A stretch of DNA of 64,000 bases from Eledone cirrhosa (taxonomy: Eukaryota): positions 287,060,001 through 287,124,000 of the forward strand of contig OZ024741.1 of the NCBI GenBank assembly GCA_964016885.1, written 5' to 3'. The notes below the pieces were generated by a model, which was not told the DNA's origin, searched no databases, and was given only the letters and a program-made list of their open reading frames with translations. The stretch's first letter is position 1, and every line of letters starts with the position of its first letter. This document shows, piece by piece, positions 1 to 13,057 of the stretch. Made by a program: the position numbers and the translations under genes.

Positions 1-676
1 ACAAAAAGGTGACGTGGTTGCCTTAACACCGTATGGCATAAATTCAGGCTGTTCAGTTTGTTTACAAACGAACAAAGCGACGTTAGCGCCGCTAAACTGA
101 TACGTGCATATATGTATGTGTACCTGTATGCATATGTATGTATATATGTATATATATATATGTGCATGCTACTGTACGTCTGTATACATATATGTATGTA
201 CGTATACATGCATACTTACATTTAAGTAAGTGCCATACTAAGAGTGAGAAATGAAATTTCGTTTTCATTTTGTTTCAATTTATCGTTTTCGGTATGCCTG
301 ACCGATTTAACTCACTCAATATGCAAATTAGGCTGCTCAGCCGTTAATTTTCATAAGGAAAGTATATACTTTCGAACGTTCAACTATCTGGCAGATGGGT
401 AAACGGTGCTGATGATAGCTAACAAGCTTGAAACTAGTACATCGTTCCTGTGTCAGTGTTGAACAAAAAGGTGACGTGGTTGCCTTAACACCGTATGGCA
501 TAAATTCAGGCTGTTCAGTTTGTTTACAAACGAACAAAGCGACGTTAGCGCCGCTAAACTGATACGTGCATATATGTATGTGTACCTGTATGCATATGTA
601 TGTATATATGTATATATATATATGTGCATGCTACTGTACGTCTGTATACATATATGTATGTACGTATACATGCATA

Positions 677-680
<4 letters not shown>
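1..680 (+). mobile_element. HHR-bearing tandem unit (PLE pLTR/retrozyme-like), family A, 462-bp period, runs off window start
   Basis: 1-218 repeats almost exactly at 463-680; HHR at 402-446; ends in (TA)n; homologous to 4790-5514. Confidence 0.8.
402..446 (+). ncRNA. Minimal type I hammerhead ribozyme
   Basis: aacggtg CTGATGA tAGCT aaca AGCTt GAAA CTAG TA catcgtt: 7-bp stem I, palindromic stem III ACTAGT, GUA site. Confidence 0.9.
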
Positions 681-766
<86 letters not shown>

Positions 767-958
767 TATATGTAGATAAATCTACCAAAATATAGGGTAG
801 TGTCCAATCCGTATGAAGAACTCAATGTAATCCAAATATCATGAAAAGAAAAGATGTATTCAATAATTATTTCGATGAAAATCACAGGAAAACAGAGTCA
901 AGATAAATTAATAAAAACAATGAATAAAACAAAGAAACAGTTCCTTATATTAAAAAAT

Positions 959-1096
959 TCATCATTTTACGATCGTTTCTAGGATATATATGTGTGTGTT
1001 GGTATGTATATCATATAGATCTATGTAAAAATTTTACAAACTATCAGAGGGAATATACATACCTACACATATATATGCTGTCTTCAGAAATAATGA
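959..1096 (-). ncRNA. Type I hammerhead with ~100-nt stem II
   Basis: tcattattt CTGAAGA [atatatatgtgt/acacatatatat and ggtatgtatat/atatacatacc helices] GAAA CGATCG TA aaatgatga. Confidence 0.8.
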
Positions 1097-1827
1097 TAAT
1101 TGTTTATTGAAGAACACCAACAAAAATTTAATTTAATAGGTCTGTTTGGGAACAGGTTTTGAATTGACCAATAGAAGAGTAGTAAGTGGTCAAGTTGATA
1201 GAATAGTAGTAGTAGAAATTTAATTTAGAGGTAGAGGAATGCAGACTTCAGTTTTGAATGGAAATAATACTTTGAATTAAAAGATTACTTTGGGGATGAA
1301 AAGAGGTCAAGCCGGTGAAAGGTACACGAAAATTTGATGTTATTAAATAATAATGCTAATATTAAAATCGAAGGAGAATAACATTTTAGTATAAATGTGT
1401 TAGTTCGAAATACCAATCTTATTAAAAACATAAGGAATTAAGATCTATAAAAAGAAATTAAATTAATGTAATTGATAGGTATACTTATAGGGATACATTT
1501 ATATTAATTCATATAGATGTGATAAATAAGAGTTAGATGTTACTAAAGAATGTTGTTAAAAACGAAAGAAAAAAAATTGGGGGAAGGGATAAATGTATTA
1601 GTGAGAAATAACAAACTTATATAGACTACAAGGAATTTAGATTCATAACAGGAAATTAAAATAGTTTATATGTATACTTATAGGTATTAATTTTAGGAAA
1701 AGATAACTGTAAAAGGGAAATAAAATTATGCAGTTCTCAGTAGTAAAATACTAACTATAGGTTAACTAAATAAATAAAAAACTAATTATAATAATTTGTA
1801 AAATAATTTGTAAAATAAAAGTGTATA

Positions 1828-2394
1828 TTAATTAGGTTTATAATATTTGAAAGTTCTTCTAATTCTATGATTGCACGATATAATTAATTCTTGTCGCTTA
1901 TTTAATAGGATATCCTTAGATTTCATTATTTCAAAAGGTTCCTGGGAACATAATCTACACTCATATCTGTTATTTTGATAAGGGGTGGCCCTTTTGAGCA
2001 CACTCCAGATCAGGTTATAATCTATATTCTTTTTTCTATAATTATTAATTATTTCAGCCAAGGATGTTGTATTAGCTAATGCGGCATTTTTAAAACTGTG
2101 TTTGTGGGTATTAAATCTTACTTTAAATTGGTTAGAAGTAGCTCCTATATATGAATAAGTTGAGTCCTTAGTGCTAATTTTACATTTATATACTATGTTA
2201 TTAATAAGGCAATTTCCTTTTAATGGGCAATTTGCTTTGTTTCTACAATTGCAACCATTCGTGAATATTATATCAGGGGAGTTAGTCAAATTAAATGTGG
2301 AATTTACTCGACTTGTTGTATGTGAAGGAGATGGTGGTTTGCTGCGGTTTATTTTAGTATTATGGTTAGTTTGATGTGTTGGTGGTATATTCAT
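1828..2394 (-). CDS. PLE GIY-YIG endonuclease domain (C-terminal part of the RT-EN protein)
   Basis: CNCRNKANCPLKGNC, IVY...YIG, RFNTH, CRLC..E, LLNKRQE..CNH motifs; HNTKI resembles the post-thumb linker; no RT upstream. Confidence 0.85.
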   Translation of the reverse strand: MNIPPTHQTNHNTKINRSKPPSPSHTTSRVNSTFNLTNSPDIIFTNGCNCRNKANCPLKGNCLINNIVYKCKISTKDSTYSYIGATSNQFKVRFNTHKHSFKNAALANTTSLAEIINNYRKKNIDYNLIWSVLKRATPYQNNRYECRLCSQEPFEIMKSKDILLNKRQELIISCNHRIRRTFKYYKPN

Positions 2395-2619
2395 GGTTTT
2401 TTTTACATTTATAAAACAACTTCCGAAATGTGTGGCAAGCGCTCGATAGATACGAGTGTACTAGAGCAATAAACATACGTTAAAGAGGTCATATACACTG
2501 AGACGATGGTTAAACCATTAACCGCAAATCCAATAAAGCGAGCAAGCTATTCGGGTCAAACAAATAATAATATATGATTAAAAAATTTACCCGGACCCCC
2601 CGGAAATGGTGGTAAAATC

Positions 2620-2674
<55 letters not shown>

Positions 2675-2675
2675 G

Positions 2676-3261
2676 CATTCGGTATACAAGGATTCAATTC
2701 CCTTCAAGCACTCGACCTCATATTACTTCTTTAAAACAAGGATGACGGAGTATATATATAAAGAAGAAAATGTGAAATTGTAGATGTTATACTCTTTTAT
2801 TAATTGACTCGTTATATATATTTCCATGATAATCGATATCGTGATTTCTTCAGACAGGAAAATTGAGTAAAAGGTAACATTTCCGAGGCAATTATGGATG
2901 GAAGGGAGCGGACTAAAAAAATGCATGTTTTTGCTTTCAGAACCTCCCGACAGCTTTGCGCAGATGCAGAGGTGTGGGTGGCTGACCCCTCAACTGCCAC
3001 CCAGAATACTACTAACCTTATTTGTTCTCTCTAACTACCAGTCTACCACCACCTCAGCCGACAACATTATACGGCGAGTTTGCCTTAATTCATCAGATTG
3101 GAGTGTATCTAAAAGCGCTCAACATGGGGAGTTAAATACACTCGGAATACAAGGATGCAATTGACTTCAAGCACTCGAGGTCATATTACCTCTTTAAAAC
3201 AAGGATGACGGAGTATATTTATAAAGAGGAAAATGCGAAGCTGTATATGTTAGAGTCTTTT
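2676..3261 (-). mobile_element. HHR-bearing partial tandem unit, ~463-bp period
   Basis: 2676-2798 repeated (diverged) at 3139-3261; HHR core at 2810-2856 (CTGAAGA...GAAA TATATA TA, weak stem I); adjacent to (TA)n. Confidence 0.6.
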
Positions 3262-3289
3262 AAGTGGAAGTTCAATTTACATATTTCTA

Positions 3290-4060
3290 TTTAGGCTGGC
3301 AACTGTACCTTTTATCGAGGCTGGATCGCTTTGATCTTTGGTCCCACTAGAGGGCCACGTCTCGGAACCTTTCAACATGGCACCTCGGTCCGTCAGGGAG
3401 TCCTTTCTCTACTCTCCTCTACGTGTTAGCCTGAACTGAGCTACAGGAGAACCATGAGTGCTTATGCCGATGACGTCAACATCATGGTGTCTGACACGTC
3501 GAATGTGACGGTGGTAGGCAACATTCAGGACAAGTCGGTAGGCTTGCACCTTGGCTCGTGGAAAGACAAGTCCATGCTTCCCATGGGAAATTTCTTGTCC
3601 CTGTTAACGTACGTACTCGGTGTCTGATTTGAACCAAGGTGGACAAGAAATGGAAGAAAGGTCGCGATCAGACTTGACTAACCAGAAATGGGCTGAGAGT
3701 AAGCTGTGTCTGAAATGTTGGGCTGAAGTGGCAAACGCCTACCTCGCCTGAGTTTTGTACTACCACCTGACCATCGTGCCTTGTCACCAAAAATATCTGA
3801 CTAAGGTAGAACGTATACTCTTTCGTTACTTGTAGAAGGGACAGGTTCCACTCGTCAGGAAATCAATGTGCTGTCAACACTCACACTGTGGAGATCTAGG
3901 ATTGCCATTGCTGATGATGCACAGACACTCACTGAAGCTGTCTCTCTTACAGAAATACCACCAACTCCCACGAAGATAACGGCAGTGATGGCGTTCATGA
4001 TGAACCGCCGTGGGCGCCTTTTGTCATATATTTTTTTACGTCTCGCTCCTTAGCAGACAT
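3290..4060 (+). pseudogene. Degraded Tx1-like LINE RT fragment
   Basis: Frameshifted SVRQG, LLYVLA, SAYADDVNIMVS motifs colinear with ORF2 at 15818-19126. Confidence 0.8.
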
Positions 4061-4195
4061 GCATTCCTGGGGGGTAGCGTGAACCCAGGAGGAACGTCTT
4101 GCATCTAGAATGGAATAAGGTAATCACGGCACACATATATTTTCTAAGTGGCAGTGACTTCGATGTTTCAGCCTAGAAGGATTTATCATATCAAC

Positions 4196-4198
4196 TTT

Positions 4199-4266
<68 letters not shown>
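4196..4266. repeat. (TTTC)n microsatellite
   Basis: Direct reading. Confidence 0.95.
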
Positions 4267-4728
4267 TTTTCCACTCATTTCATCTTTCTTTAATTCATTT
4301 ATTCATTCATTCTTTTATTTTTATTTTATTTCGTTCTTTCTATTCTTTAGTTCCTTCATTCCTCTTTCTGTATTGATCGTGTAGTCACTCACACATGTGT
4401 ATACTAATATAAACCTATCGCAATATAATGGAATACTTGTTCCTTCTTTGTCTCTTAGACATAGACACGTGTACGCTGGAATAATGGAAGAATCTCAATT
4501 ACGTTCGATAAACTAATATTTGCGGGTCAAAAACAAATGTATGTGTGTAATGTTTTAGGCTTTTATCCATAATATATTATAATATAGAAATACTTGATTG
4601 AGAGTGAAATACAATACATACATACAAGCATACATACATACAAACATACATACACACACACACGAATATATATATAATACGTATATAATATAGATATATG
4701 TATGTGTATATATATATGTATATATGTG

Positions 4729-4789
<61 letters not shown>

Positions 4790-5512
4790 GTAAGTATGTA
4801 TGTATGTATACGTACATACATATATGTATACAGACGTACAGTAGTATGTATATATATACATACATGCACACATATATATATGCACGTATTGGTTTACCGA
4901 ACATTTATTATAATGCTTGGTTTGTTTGTTTGTAAACAAACAAACAGCCCGAATTACGCCGTACAGTGTTTAGTAAACCACGTCACCTTTTTGTTCAACA
5001 CTGACACAGGAACGATGTACTAGTTTCAAGCTTATTAGCTATCGTCAGCATCGTATATCTTCCTGCCAGATGGTTGAACGTCTGAAAGTATATACTTTCC
5101 TTATGCATATTAACGGCTGAGCAGCCTAATTTGCATATAGCGTGAGTCATTTCGGCCGGGCGCACCGAAAACGATAAATGGAATAGAATGAAACGAAATT
5201 TCATTTCCCACTCTTAGTACGGCACTTACTTAAATGTAGGTATGTATGTATGTATACGTACATACATATATGTATACATACGTACAGGCGTAATTAGGGC
5301 TGTTTGTTTGTTTACAAACAAACAAACCGAGCATTATAATAAATGTTCGGTAAACCGATACGTGCATATATATATGTGTGCATGTATGTATATATATACA
5401 TACTACTGTACGTCTGTATACATATATGTATGTACGTATACATACATACATACTTACATTTAAGTAAGTGCCGTACTAAGAGTGAGAAATGAAATTTCGT
5501 TTCATTCTATTC

Positions 5513-5514
<2 letters not shown>
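4790..5514 (-). mobile_element. Family A element: minus-strand unit plus an inverted partial copy, between (TA)n tracts
   Basis: 4790-5283 is the reverse complement of family A; ~5284-5514 is in + orientation; HHR 5012-5054. Confidence 0.8.
5012..5054 (-). ncRNA. Minimal type I hammerhead ribozyme
   Basis: acgatg CTGACGA tAGCT aata AGCTt GAAA CTAG TA catcgt; differences from 402-446 preserve pairing. Confidence 0.9.
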
Positions 5515-5587
<73 letters not shown>

Positions 5588-5739
5588 ATTAGGATTTTCT
5601 ACATCCAGAGAATGTGATGTGTCAACGCTCATGCCTTTCCACACGAGAAGAGAGACTTGGTCACAGATTCAGTTTACTGCTAGGTTTTGATGGGGATCAA
5701 AATAAAACTAAACCATGTTAATTAATAAAAAAAAAAATT

Positions 5740-5860
5740 GAAGGCGTGTGGCTGAGTGGTTAGAGAATTAGATTCGCAATCGTAAGGTTGTGAGTTCGAT
5801 TCCTGGACCAGGTGATGCGTTATGTCCTTGAGCAAGACACTTTATTTCACGTTGCTCCTT
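5740..5860 (+). mobile_element. tRNA-derived SINE with CORE-like domain (related copy ~40021-40310)
   Basis: A box tggctgagtgg, B box agttcgattcc, then gtccttgagcaagacact. Confidence 0.7.
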
Positions 5861-6100
5861 CTACTTGGAGTTGCGACCGATAGATAGTATTAGCAGTTGG
5901 AAAGACCAACGGAAACATTGTTCCCTCGGTCCGATTTGACGAAAGTCGATCGTTCCTTTATATATATATATATAATCTGAGTTTTTCGAATATTAATAAT
6001 AACATTCGATTCGTTTGCAATTATGCAAACAGGCCTAATTTGTATAGCTATGTCATTAGAATGAACTCTTCATTCTTGCTCTTGTGTTGGCATGTAAACA

Positions 6101-6150
6101 GAACAGCAGACACTAATGTTTCTGGGTATCACCCTTCATCAGTACAGCTC
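6101..6150 (-). ncRNA. Minimal type I hammerhead ribozyme
   Basis: gagctgta CTGATGA aGGGT gat ACCCa GAAA CATTAGTG TC tgctgttc. Confidence 0.85.
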
Positions 6151-6387
6151 ACTGTTTGTTCACTTGCCAACTGTCAGAGCTAGTGAACATATATGCTATT
6201 TTCTTAAATATAGAGTGACTGATTGGCCTGATTTGCATATTAGCAGACTGGCTGATCACATCTGCATATTAGCAGATATAAAAAAAGAAAATTTTCGCTC
6301 TACATGGCTGAATACAATAAATGTTATCTGAGTTTTTCGAATATTAATAATATTTTCACTAGCTCTGACAGTTGGCAGGTGAACAGT

Positions 6388-6437
6388 GAACTATACTGAT
6401 GAAGGGTGATACCCAGAAACATTAGTGTCTGCAGTTC
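6388..6437 (+). ncRNA. Minimal type I hammerhead ribozyme
   Basis: gaactata CTGATGA aGGGT gat ACCCa GAAA CATTAGTG TC tgcagttc; consensus of both copies gives an 8-bp stem I. Confidence 0.85.
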
Positions 6438-6823
6438 TGTTTACATGCCAACACAAGAGTAAGAATGAAAAGTTCATTCTACTGACATGGTTACAAAAAT
6501 GAGGCTTGTGAAAATATATGCTATTTGCTAAAATATACAGTGATTGATTGGCCTGATTTGCATATTAGCAGACTGGAGTTCATTCTACTGACATGGCTAT
6601 ACAAATGAAGCTTGTTTGCATAATTGAAAACGAATCGAATGTTATTATTAATATTCCAAAAACTCAGATTACATTTATAGTATTCAGCCATGTAGAGCGA
6701 ATAAGAAACACACGCACCATGGTGCGTGGGTTTCTTATTGGCAACATGACCCTCCCAAAGTATAACAATATCGGTTTCAACATACGTTTTCAGATAAAGA
6801 ATCTTGCTAAACGAATTCAGAAA

Positions 6824-6935
<112 letters not shown>

Positions 6936-7008
6936 GGGTTCAATAGGGGGTAACCACAGTAAGGAAGGTACACATTACATTAGTAGAGTGTAAACATCAG
7001 TTTAATAT

Positions 7009-7116
7009 AGAAATGGCTTTTACAGGACTAGAACTGTTTCATTCAAAAGAAATCATTAGGCTTTCCTGATCATTTCCTTTGAATGAAACAGTTCTAGCCC
7101 TGTAGAAGTCATTTCT
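7009..7116. repeat. Short fold-back with degenerate HHR cores in both arms (family also at ~37052-37142 and ~53895-53942)
   Basis: ~50-bp inverted arms; consensus CTGATGA tttc tttc gaat GAAAC agttcta GTC; stem I 5' strand not identifiable. Confidence 0.6.
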
Positions 7117-7953
7117 CTCTCTCTCTCTATATATATATATGAGAATATACATATGGTATACGTGTGCACACACGCATGTGAGTTTTATTTTACTGCGTGA
7201 ATTTTATTCTACTCGATAGAGAAAGATCAAACTAAACACTCATACCTCCACCCCATCAGCTCACTATGTATGTGTTTATGATATCTTTACTAGTGGATAA
7301 ATTCTTGTGAAAATTTGCAGTATTAGAGTAAAATCTTTAATTTTAAGGTGGTGCAATTATAGTACTCTTTAAATCTTCTCCCCAAAGTCTTGCTAATGTG
7401 GTTTTATATGGTACAGGACGTCAAGTGTTAAAATCATGATGGGAATGTTAATATCCAAATTTCCACAATTTGTAATTAGTGCAAATTGTATTAACATTCA
7501 GTTACTTTTGTAAAGAAACATACAGGTTATTCATAATAACTATAGTATAGGCCTATAAGGATAGGCATGAGAAATGTATAGGAAATAATCGAATTACGTT
7601 CTTTAAATATTCTTAATGCATTTTCTCATCATTTTTAAATCGATAGAACGTCAGACAAAATGCCTGCAGTAAATTAGTTACAGTGATTTACGTTCTGAAT
7701 TCAAATAACGTCGAGGTCAACTTTGCCTTTCATCCTTCCGTGGGGAAGTGTTCTGACAATTGTACCATAACTATTTTCAGTCTTAGAACTTGACGTTTCA
7801 GTTTGATACACACTAATCCCACATTGACAGATCTTTTGTTATTCGGCTGATTTCACAAACAACTATCTCACATTCCAAAAATTACTGAATATTAGGGTTA
7901 TTTGTAAATTAATGGAAAAATCTGAAATAATAATAATAATAATAATGATAATA

Positions 7954-8912
7954 AGGAGTCTTATCAGCGTAGAGGACTGTGCTCAGATGGAGAAGAGCTG
8001 TCTACAAAAATATGCGTCTAAGAGTAAAGAGTCGATGCTCAAAGTTGTAACGAAGGAGAAGACAATAGACTAGGGGATGTCCAATAAGGAAGTAACAATA
8101 AAGAGGAAGAGCAGAGCAACCTTCATGAAAAAGCACTTCATAGCACCTTTTTTGAGAAAACGGAATTCAGGGATCCAAGACATTGAGCTGGTTAAAAAGA
8201 GGGGACTTTAAAAAAGCTGCAGTTGGAATGCTACTGACTGCACAGGAGCAAGCCCTCAGAACGAAGTGAGTGGAACACCATATTGACAAGGATCTGTGGA
8301 GTGAGAGAAGAAACTGTGGCTCATATTGTATCCAAGTGTAAACACCCAGCCCAGACTCACTATAAAAGATGGAGGCACGATATGACAGAAAAGGTGATTC
8401 ACTGGCATTTATGCAAACTAAACAATTTACCACATTCTGAGAAGTGGTATGAGCAAAGGCCAGAGTCGGTGATAGAAAACGATCAATTCGAGGTGCTATG
8501 GGATTTCAGGATACAAACGGACAAAGAATTAGAACACAATAGGCCTGATCTGGTTTCTTTTGACATGGAAAAAAGATCGTGCCTGATTGTAGATGTAGCA
8601 TGCCCATTTGACACAAGAGTGCAAGAAAAGGAGAAGGAAAAAATTAACAGATACCAAGATTTAAAGTGGGAATTAAAAAGGATTTGGAACTGTCATGAGA
8701 TTAAGGTCGTCCCGATTGTCATAGGAGCACTAGGTACTATCTTGAAGAGTTTTCAAGGACGGTTAAAGAACATTAGTCCAGCTCCATTTTTTGGAACACT
8801 TCAAAAGGCTTGATTGCTTGGAACATCAAGAACTCTCCAATACGTCCTGAATGTGTGAGGCTGCATGTAACGGCTTTCCAGTTAAATAACAACAATGACT
8901 GAGACACCAAGA
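7954..8912 (+). mobile_element. R4/Dong-clade non-LTR retrotransposon, 3' fragment, in (TAA)n
   Basis: ORF 8283-8813: zinc-knuckle remnant, RHD, LWDF, NRPD..D.ACP..EK..Y restriction-like endonuclease; TAA repeats at both ends. Confidence 0.85.
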
Positions 8913-8934
8913 AAATAATATTGTTAATAATAAT

Positions 8935-9135
8935 TCTTTCATTATTGGCCACAAGGGCCGAAACATGTAAGGCAATACAACAGTGGGTATTTACAAAAAA
9001 TTAAAGTGTGTTAACTAATAAAACATAACAATAAACAATAAAATTATAGCAAATAAAAGCCCACCCGGGAGTAACTTAGGCATCCTACAGATACTAAACC
9101 ACCGTAATCTCCAAAAGCACGTTTGCGCCTCCCCT
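8935..9135 (-). mobile_element. 3' UTR remnant of a Tx1-like LINE
   Basis: Similar to 34005-34235 (ttattggccacaagggcc...caatacaa). Confidence 0.55.
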
Positions 9136-9214
9136 AGCAGACCTTGAAAGACCAAACGACTGTATACCACGGGACTAGTTGTGGAGGTTTCTGAAGGAGT
9201 AATAGGGTCGATGG

Positions 9215-9565
9215 ACAGCTCTAGTATTTCTGCTCGGATAAATGGTGTCAATTCGAAACCATTCAATGTGGATGTCGGACTCCGCCAAGGGTTCGTATTG
9301 TCATCTTTCCTGTTAATCTTCATGAACAGGATTGACATCCGAAGTGGGTTGGTAGTGGCATCAAAACTGACGAGTGTAGGGTCAGTCAACTGGAATTTGC
9401 AGATGATATGGGACTACTTAACTCGACAGCAGGTGACCTCCGACTTGCACTGGGTTGATTTGCTTCTTAATGCTGCATGGTAGGAAGGAAAATCTATGCT
9501 GCGATGACTGAGATACTCGTCGTCACAAGAAAGCTTGCACAGTGTACTCTAGATGCGTGTGAAGT
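9215..9565 (+). pseudogene. RTE-like LINE RT fragment
   Basis: SARINGVNSKPFNVDVGLRQGFVLS and frameshifted LEFADD. Confidence 0.75.
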
Positions 9566-9569
9566 GTGG

Positions 9570-9970
9570 AACCGAGACTGCACTAAGGTCTATAAATATA
9601 TACACATATATAATACGTAGGCATGTAAAATACCAGAAAATACGTATTTCCCTATCAATTGAAAAACATAATAAACGCATTTAATCGATTTTCGGATCTA
9701 ATTGGATCCTCATCAAAAGGCGTGTATATCATCGAATCCACCACAAGAAAACGTGTATGTAATGGGTATATGTACCTATTCGCTCTCAGTATTATTCTGA
9801 AATTGACACACTAATTTGAATATAATTAGCGCTCGTGTAGGAAATCAATTATGATATATCTTAAGACGTGCTCTAGCTGGCGAAGTGAATGATGCTATTA
9901 TATTTGCATAAATACAGAATGTGTAACCGAGACTGCACAAACGTATATAAATATATACACATATTTAATA
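9570..9970 (-). mobile_element. HHR-bearing partial tandem unit (~355 bp); family also at 59279-60080
   Basis: 9570-9615 repeated at 9925-9970; degenerate HHR 9675-9723 (tTGATGA GGATC caatta GATCC GAAA ATCGAT TA). Confidence 0.7.
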
Positions 9971-10014
9971 TATATATATAGATATATACACACACACACT
10001 TGCATACCCCCCCC

Positions 10015-10067
<53 letters not shown>

Positions 10068-10279
10068 GTATATGTGTGCGTGTATGTAGCTGTATATATG
10101 TATATATGCCTGGGTGTATGTGTGCATATATGTATATATATCTTTGCACATGTTAGTAAACAGGTGCATACGCATACACACACACATATATATATATATA
10201 GATACATACAGATGTATATAGAAGGCTAAGAGTTGAGAGTCAATGTGAGATTTATACATGTTCATTTATTAATGTTCAA

Positions 10280-10490
10280 ATCTTTATTATATACATATAT
10301 ACACACATATTTACATACATGCATACATAAGTATATACATACATATATACATATATACATATATACATATATACATATATACATATATACATACATAAAT
10401 ACATACACAAATACATTCATATATACATAAGTACCTACATGCATACATACGTACGTACGTACATACTTACTCACACACACACGCACACGC

Positions 10491-10585
<95 letters not shown>

Positions 10586-10590
10586 CACAC
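10280..10590. repeat. Compound (TACA)/(CA)n microsatellite; one of dozens of (TA)n, (CA)n, (CATA)n, (GA)n tracts
   Basis: Direct reading; source of the IYIY/HTHT/CVCV pseudo-ORFs. Confidence 0.95.
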
Positions 10591-10777
10591 TGATCAGAGC
10601 AAACATCACGGGCGCTCTATCTCAAAATTATTTTTGAAAAGCGTTAGAAATGCGCAACCGGTAAAACTTAAAACCAAAACCGAATACTAACCAATACTAT
10701 TACTAATTCTCACTTATTCCTAATTAAACTATTTTTCACTGTGAACAATTTGTCAGAATTTTCTTTTCCGTTTACCA

Positions 10778-10846
<69 letters not shown>

Positions 10847-12002
10847 GTGCGTGTGTATATATATGACTATTACTCATTATCCGAACTGCATTTATAATTT
10901 TTTTCCTGTTGGCAGGAAAATTAGTCTTGTTTGCATAACTAGACCCTCTCTTTCTTTCGTCACAATAATGTTCAGAGGAATTGAATATATCAATTGTACT
11001 GTCGTTCGTACGTTAACCATAGTCGACTATATTGGCCCCAGTACTTGACTGGTATTTAATTTTATCTACCCCTCTAGACAATAATGTTGGGTGGAATTTA
11101 AAATGTCAATTATGTCATTGTTGTTATTAAGTTAAACATAATTAAGTCTCTTGTGGAAGAATTATTTTAGACAAATCTTCTATTGTTCGATAGAGCTATA
11201 TTATGGGTGTGTTGAATGTTGTGATCAGCATTAGCTGTGGGTAAGTATCTTTTACATTGACGTATGATATTTCTTTATCTGTTATTTGACAGCCTTATAG
11301 AGATCTCGGCACTTGATGCACTATCAAATACACCCCACCAAAACCAAACCTCGGATCATTAAAACAAACAGAAATTGCTGCGACTATGGGTCACTTAAGA
11401 AGGACGGTAACTTACTTCTTAGTTCAAGTTCATTACGTAAACAAAGAGGTTATGTTTACTATTAGTGCTCCCTGGGGTCGATAAAATAAAATACTAGTCA
11501 AGTACTGGACGGGGGTAAATAAAACTGATTTTCTGTACCCTTTAAATAACTAGCCTTGTGTCTAAATTAGAAATAATTGTAAGAGTTAGTATTCTTGAAA
11601 CGTTAGTAGACTTGGTAGCAAGTCATAGCCAGACACACAGCACCAGAGCTTGAGAGGAGAGTAGGGAAATGCCCAGCGATGCCAATGCAACCCGTAGTCA
11701 GACACACAGCGATAGAGATTCCAAAGTGAGTGGTGCTTTAGTACAGCGAAGTCAAAGGCTGTTGTAGCCTCAGAATCATAGTTAGAGCGTGCGAGGCGAG
11801 CGATATTTTCTAGCCGCTATCTGGAAAATGTGGGGGTCAATTCCTCATAGCGGTCGTTGGCAAATTCTGTTTCTGTCTTTTAAGCTATCTTTACAGTATT
11901 TCTGCGCTTAAGCACTTCTTTATACTTACATAATTACGTATATTCTCATCGCTTCAAAAGCCGAAAATTCGGTGTCGTACATTGTTTATATATATATATA
12001 TA

Positions 12003-12464
12003 TAAATTATTAAAAAAATAATGAATAAACAAAGAAACAGTTCCTTATATTAAACAAAAAAAGTTCATTATTTTACGATCGTTTCTAGGATATATATGTG
12101 TTAGAATTGGTATGCATATTCTATAGATCTATGTACAATATTTATACAAACTATCAGAGGGAATATAGTATATTCCCTCTGATAGTTTGTATAAATATTG
12201 TACATAGATCTATAGAATATGCATACCAATTCTAACACATATATATCCTAGAAGCGATCGTAAAATAATGAACTTTTTTTGTTTAATATAAGGAACTGTT
12301 TCTTTGTTTATTCATTATTTTTTTTATAATTTATCTTGACTCTGTTTTCCGTTTATTTTCACCGGAAGTAGTTTTTGAATGCATCTTCTCTTTTCATGAT
12401 ATCCGGATTACATTGAGTTCTTGATACGGATTGGACACTACCGTAAACTTTTGGTAGTCTTATC

Positions 12465-12466
<2 letters not shown>
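12003..12466. mobile_element. Fold-back copy of the 3' end of the 775-2394 PLE, between (TA)n
   Basis: ~165-bp near-perfect arms centred on 12168; right arm extends to the family terminus; only the 3' half of the HHR retained. Confidence 0.85.
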
Positions 12467-12555
<89 letters not shown>

Positions 12556-12707
12556 ATATGCATGTGGGTGGGAAAAAGACGGAGAGAAAGAGTATGGGAG
12601 CGTGTGTGTATGTGGAGTTTTATTTCCTATATGTATATATATATCTGCACACACACACAAATACACATAATCACTGTCACACACATGGGCATTCATATAT
12701 ATACATG

Positions 12708-12797
<90 letters not shown>

Positions 12798-12919
12798 GGA
12801 GGTGAGTTTTATTGTAGTACAATAAAGCAATGCAGATATCGGATAAGAAGCACTCTACAGTTTGTGGGACTGGAGTATGCATAATATAAGATCAAAAGAT
12901 GGTTAAAGGAGTTCCATAT

Positions 12920-12988
12920 ATTTTATTATGCGCATTTCAAAAACAAACATCATCAAGCAATAATATTTGTGTTTTCATCAGATAAAAC
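12920..12988 (-). ncRNA. Type I hammerhead ribozyme (inverse copy of 13058-13126)
   Basis: Reverse complement of 13058-13126. Confidence 0.8.
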
Positions 12989-13057
12989 AGGAGAACATGA
13001 TATGAAGGCTAAAAAACACTTGTGGATAGTGCAGTTTTAAATCAACATATCATACCT

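Larger units (their letters stand above)
775..2394 (-). mobile_element. 5'-truncated Penelope-like element (Naiad-like): GIY-YIG, AT-rich 3' UTR, HHR, ending at (TA)n
   Basis: GIY-YIG ORF 1828-2394; HHR 959-1096; the same 3' terminus abuts (TA)n at 12466. Confidence 0.8.

Noticed and set aside
1828-2394. Selenoprotein-type Naiad element
   Set aside because: No in-frame UGA in this fragment and no SECIS recognised
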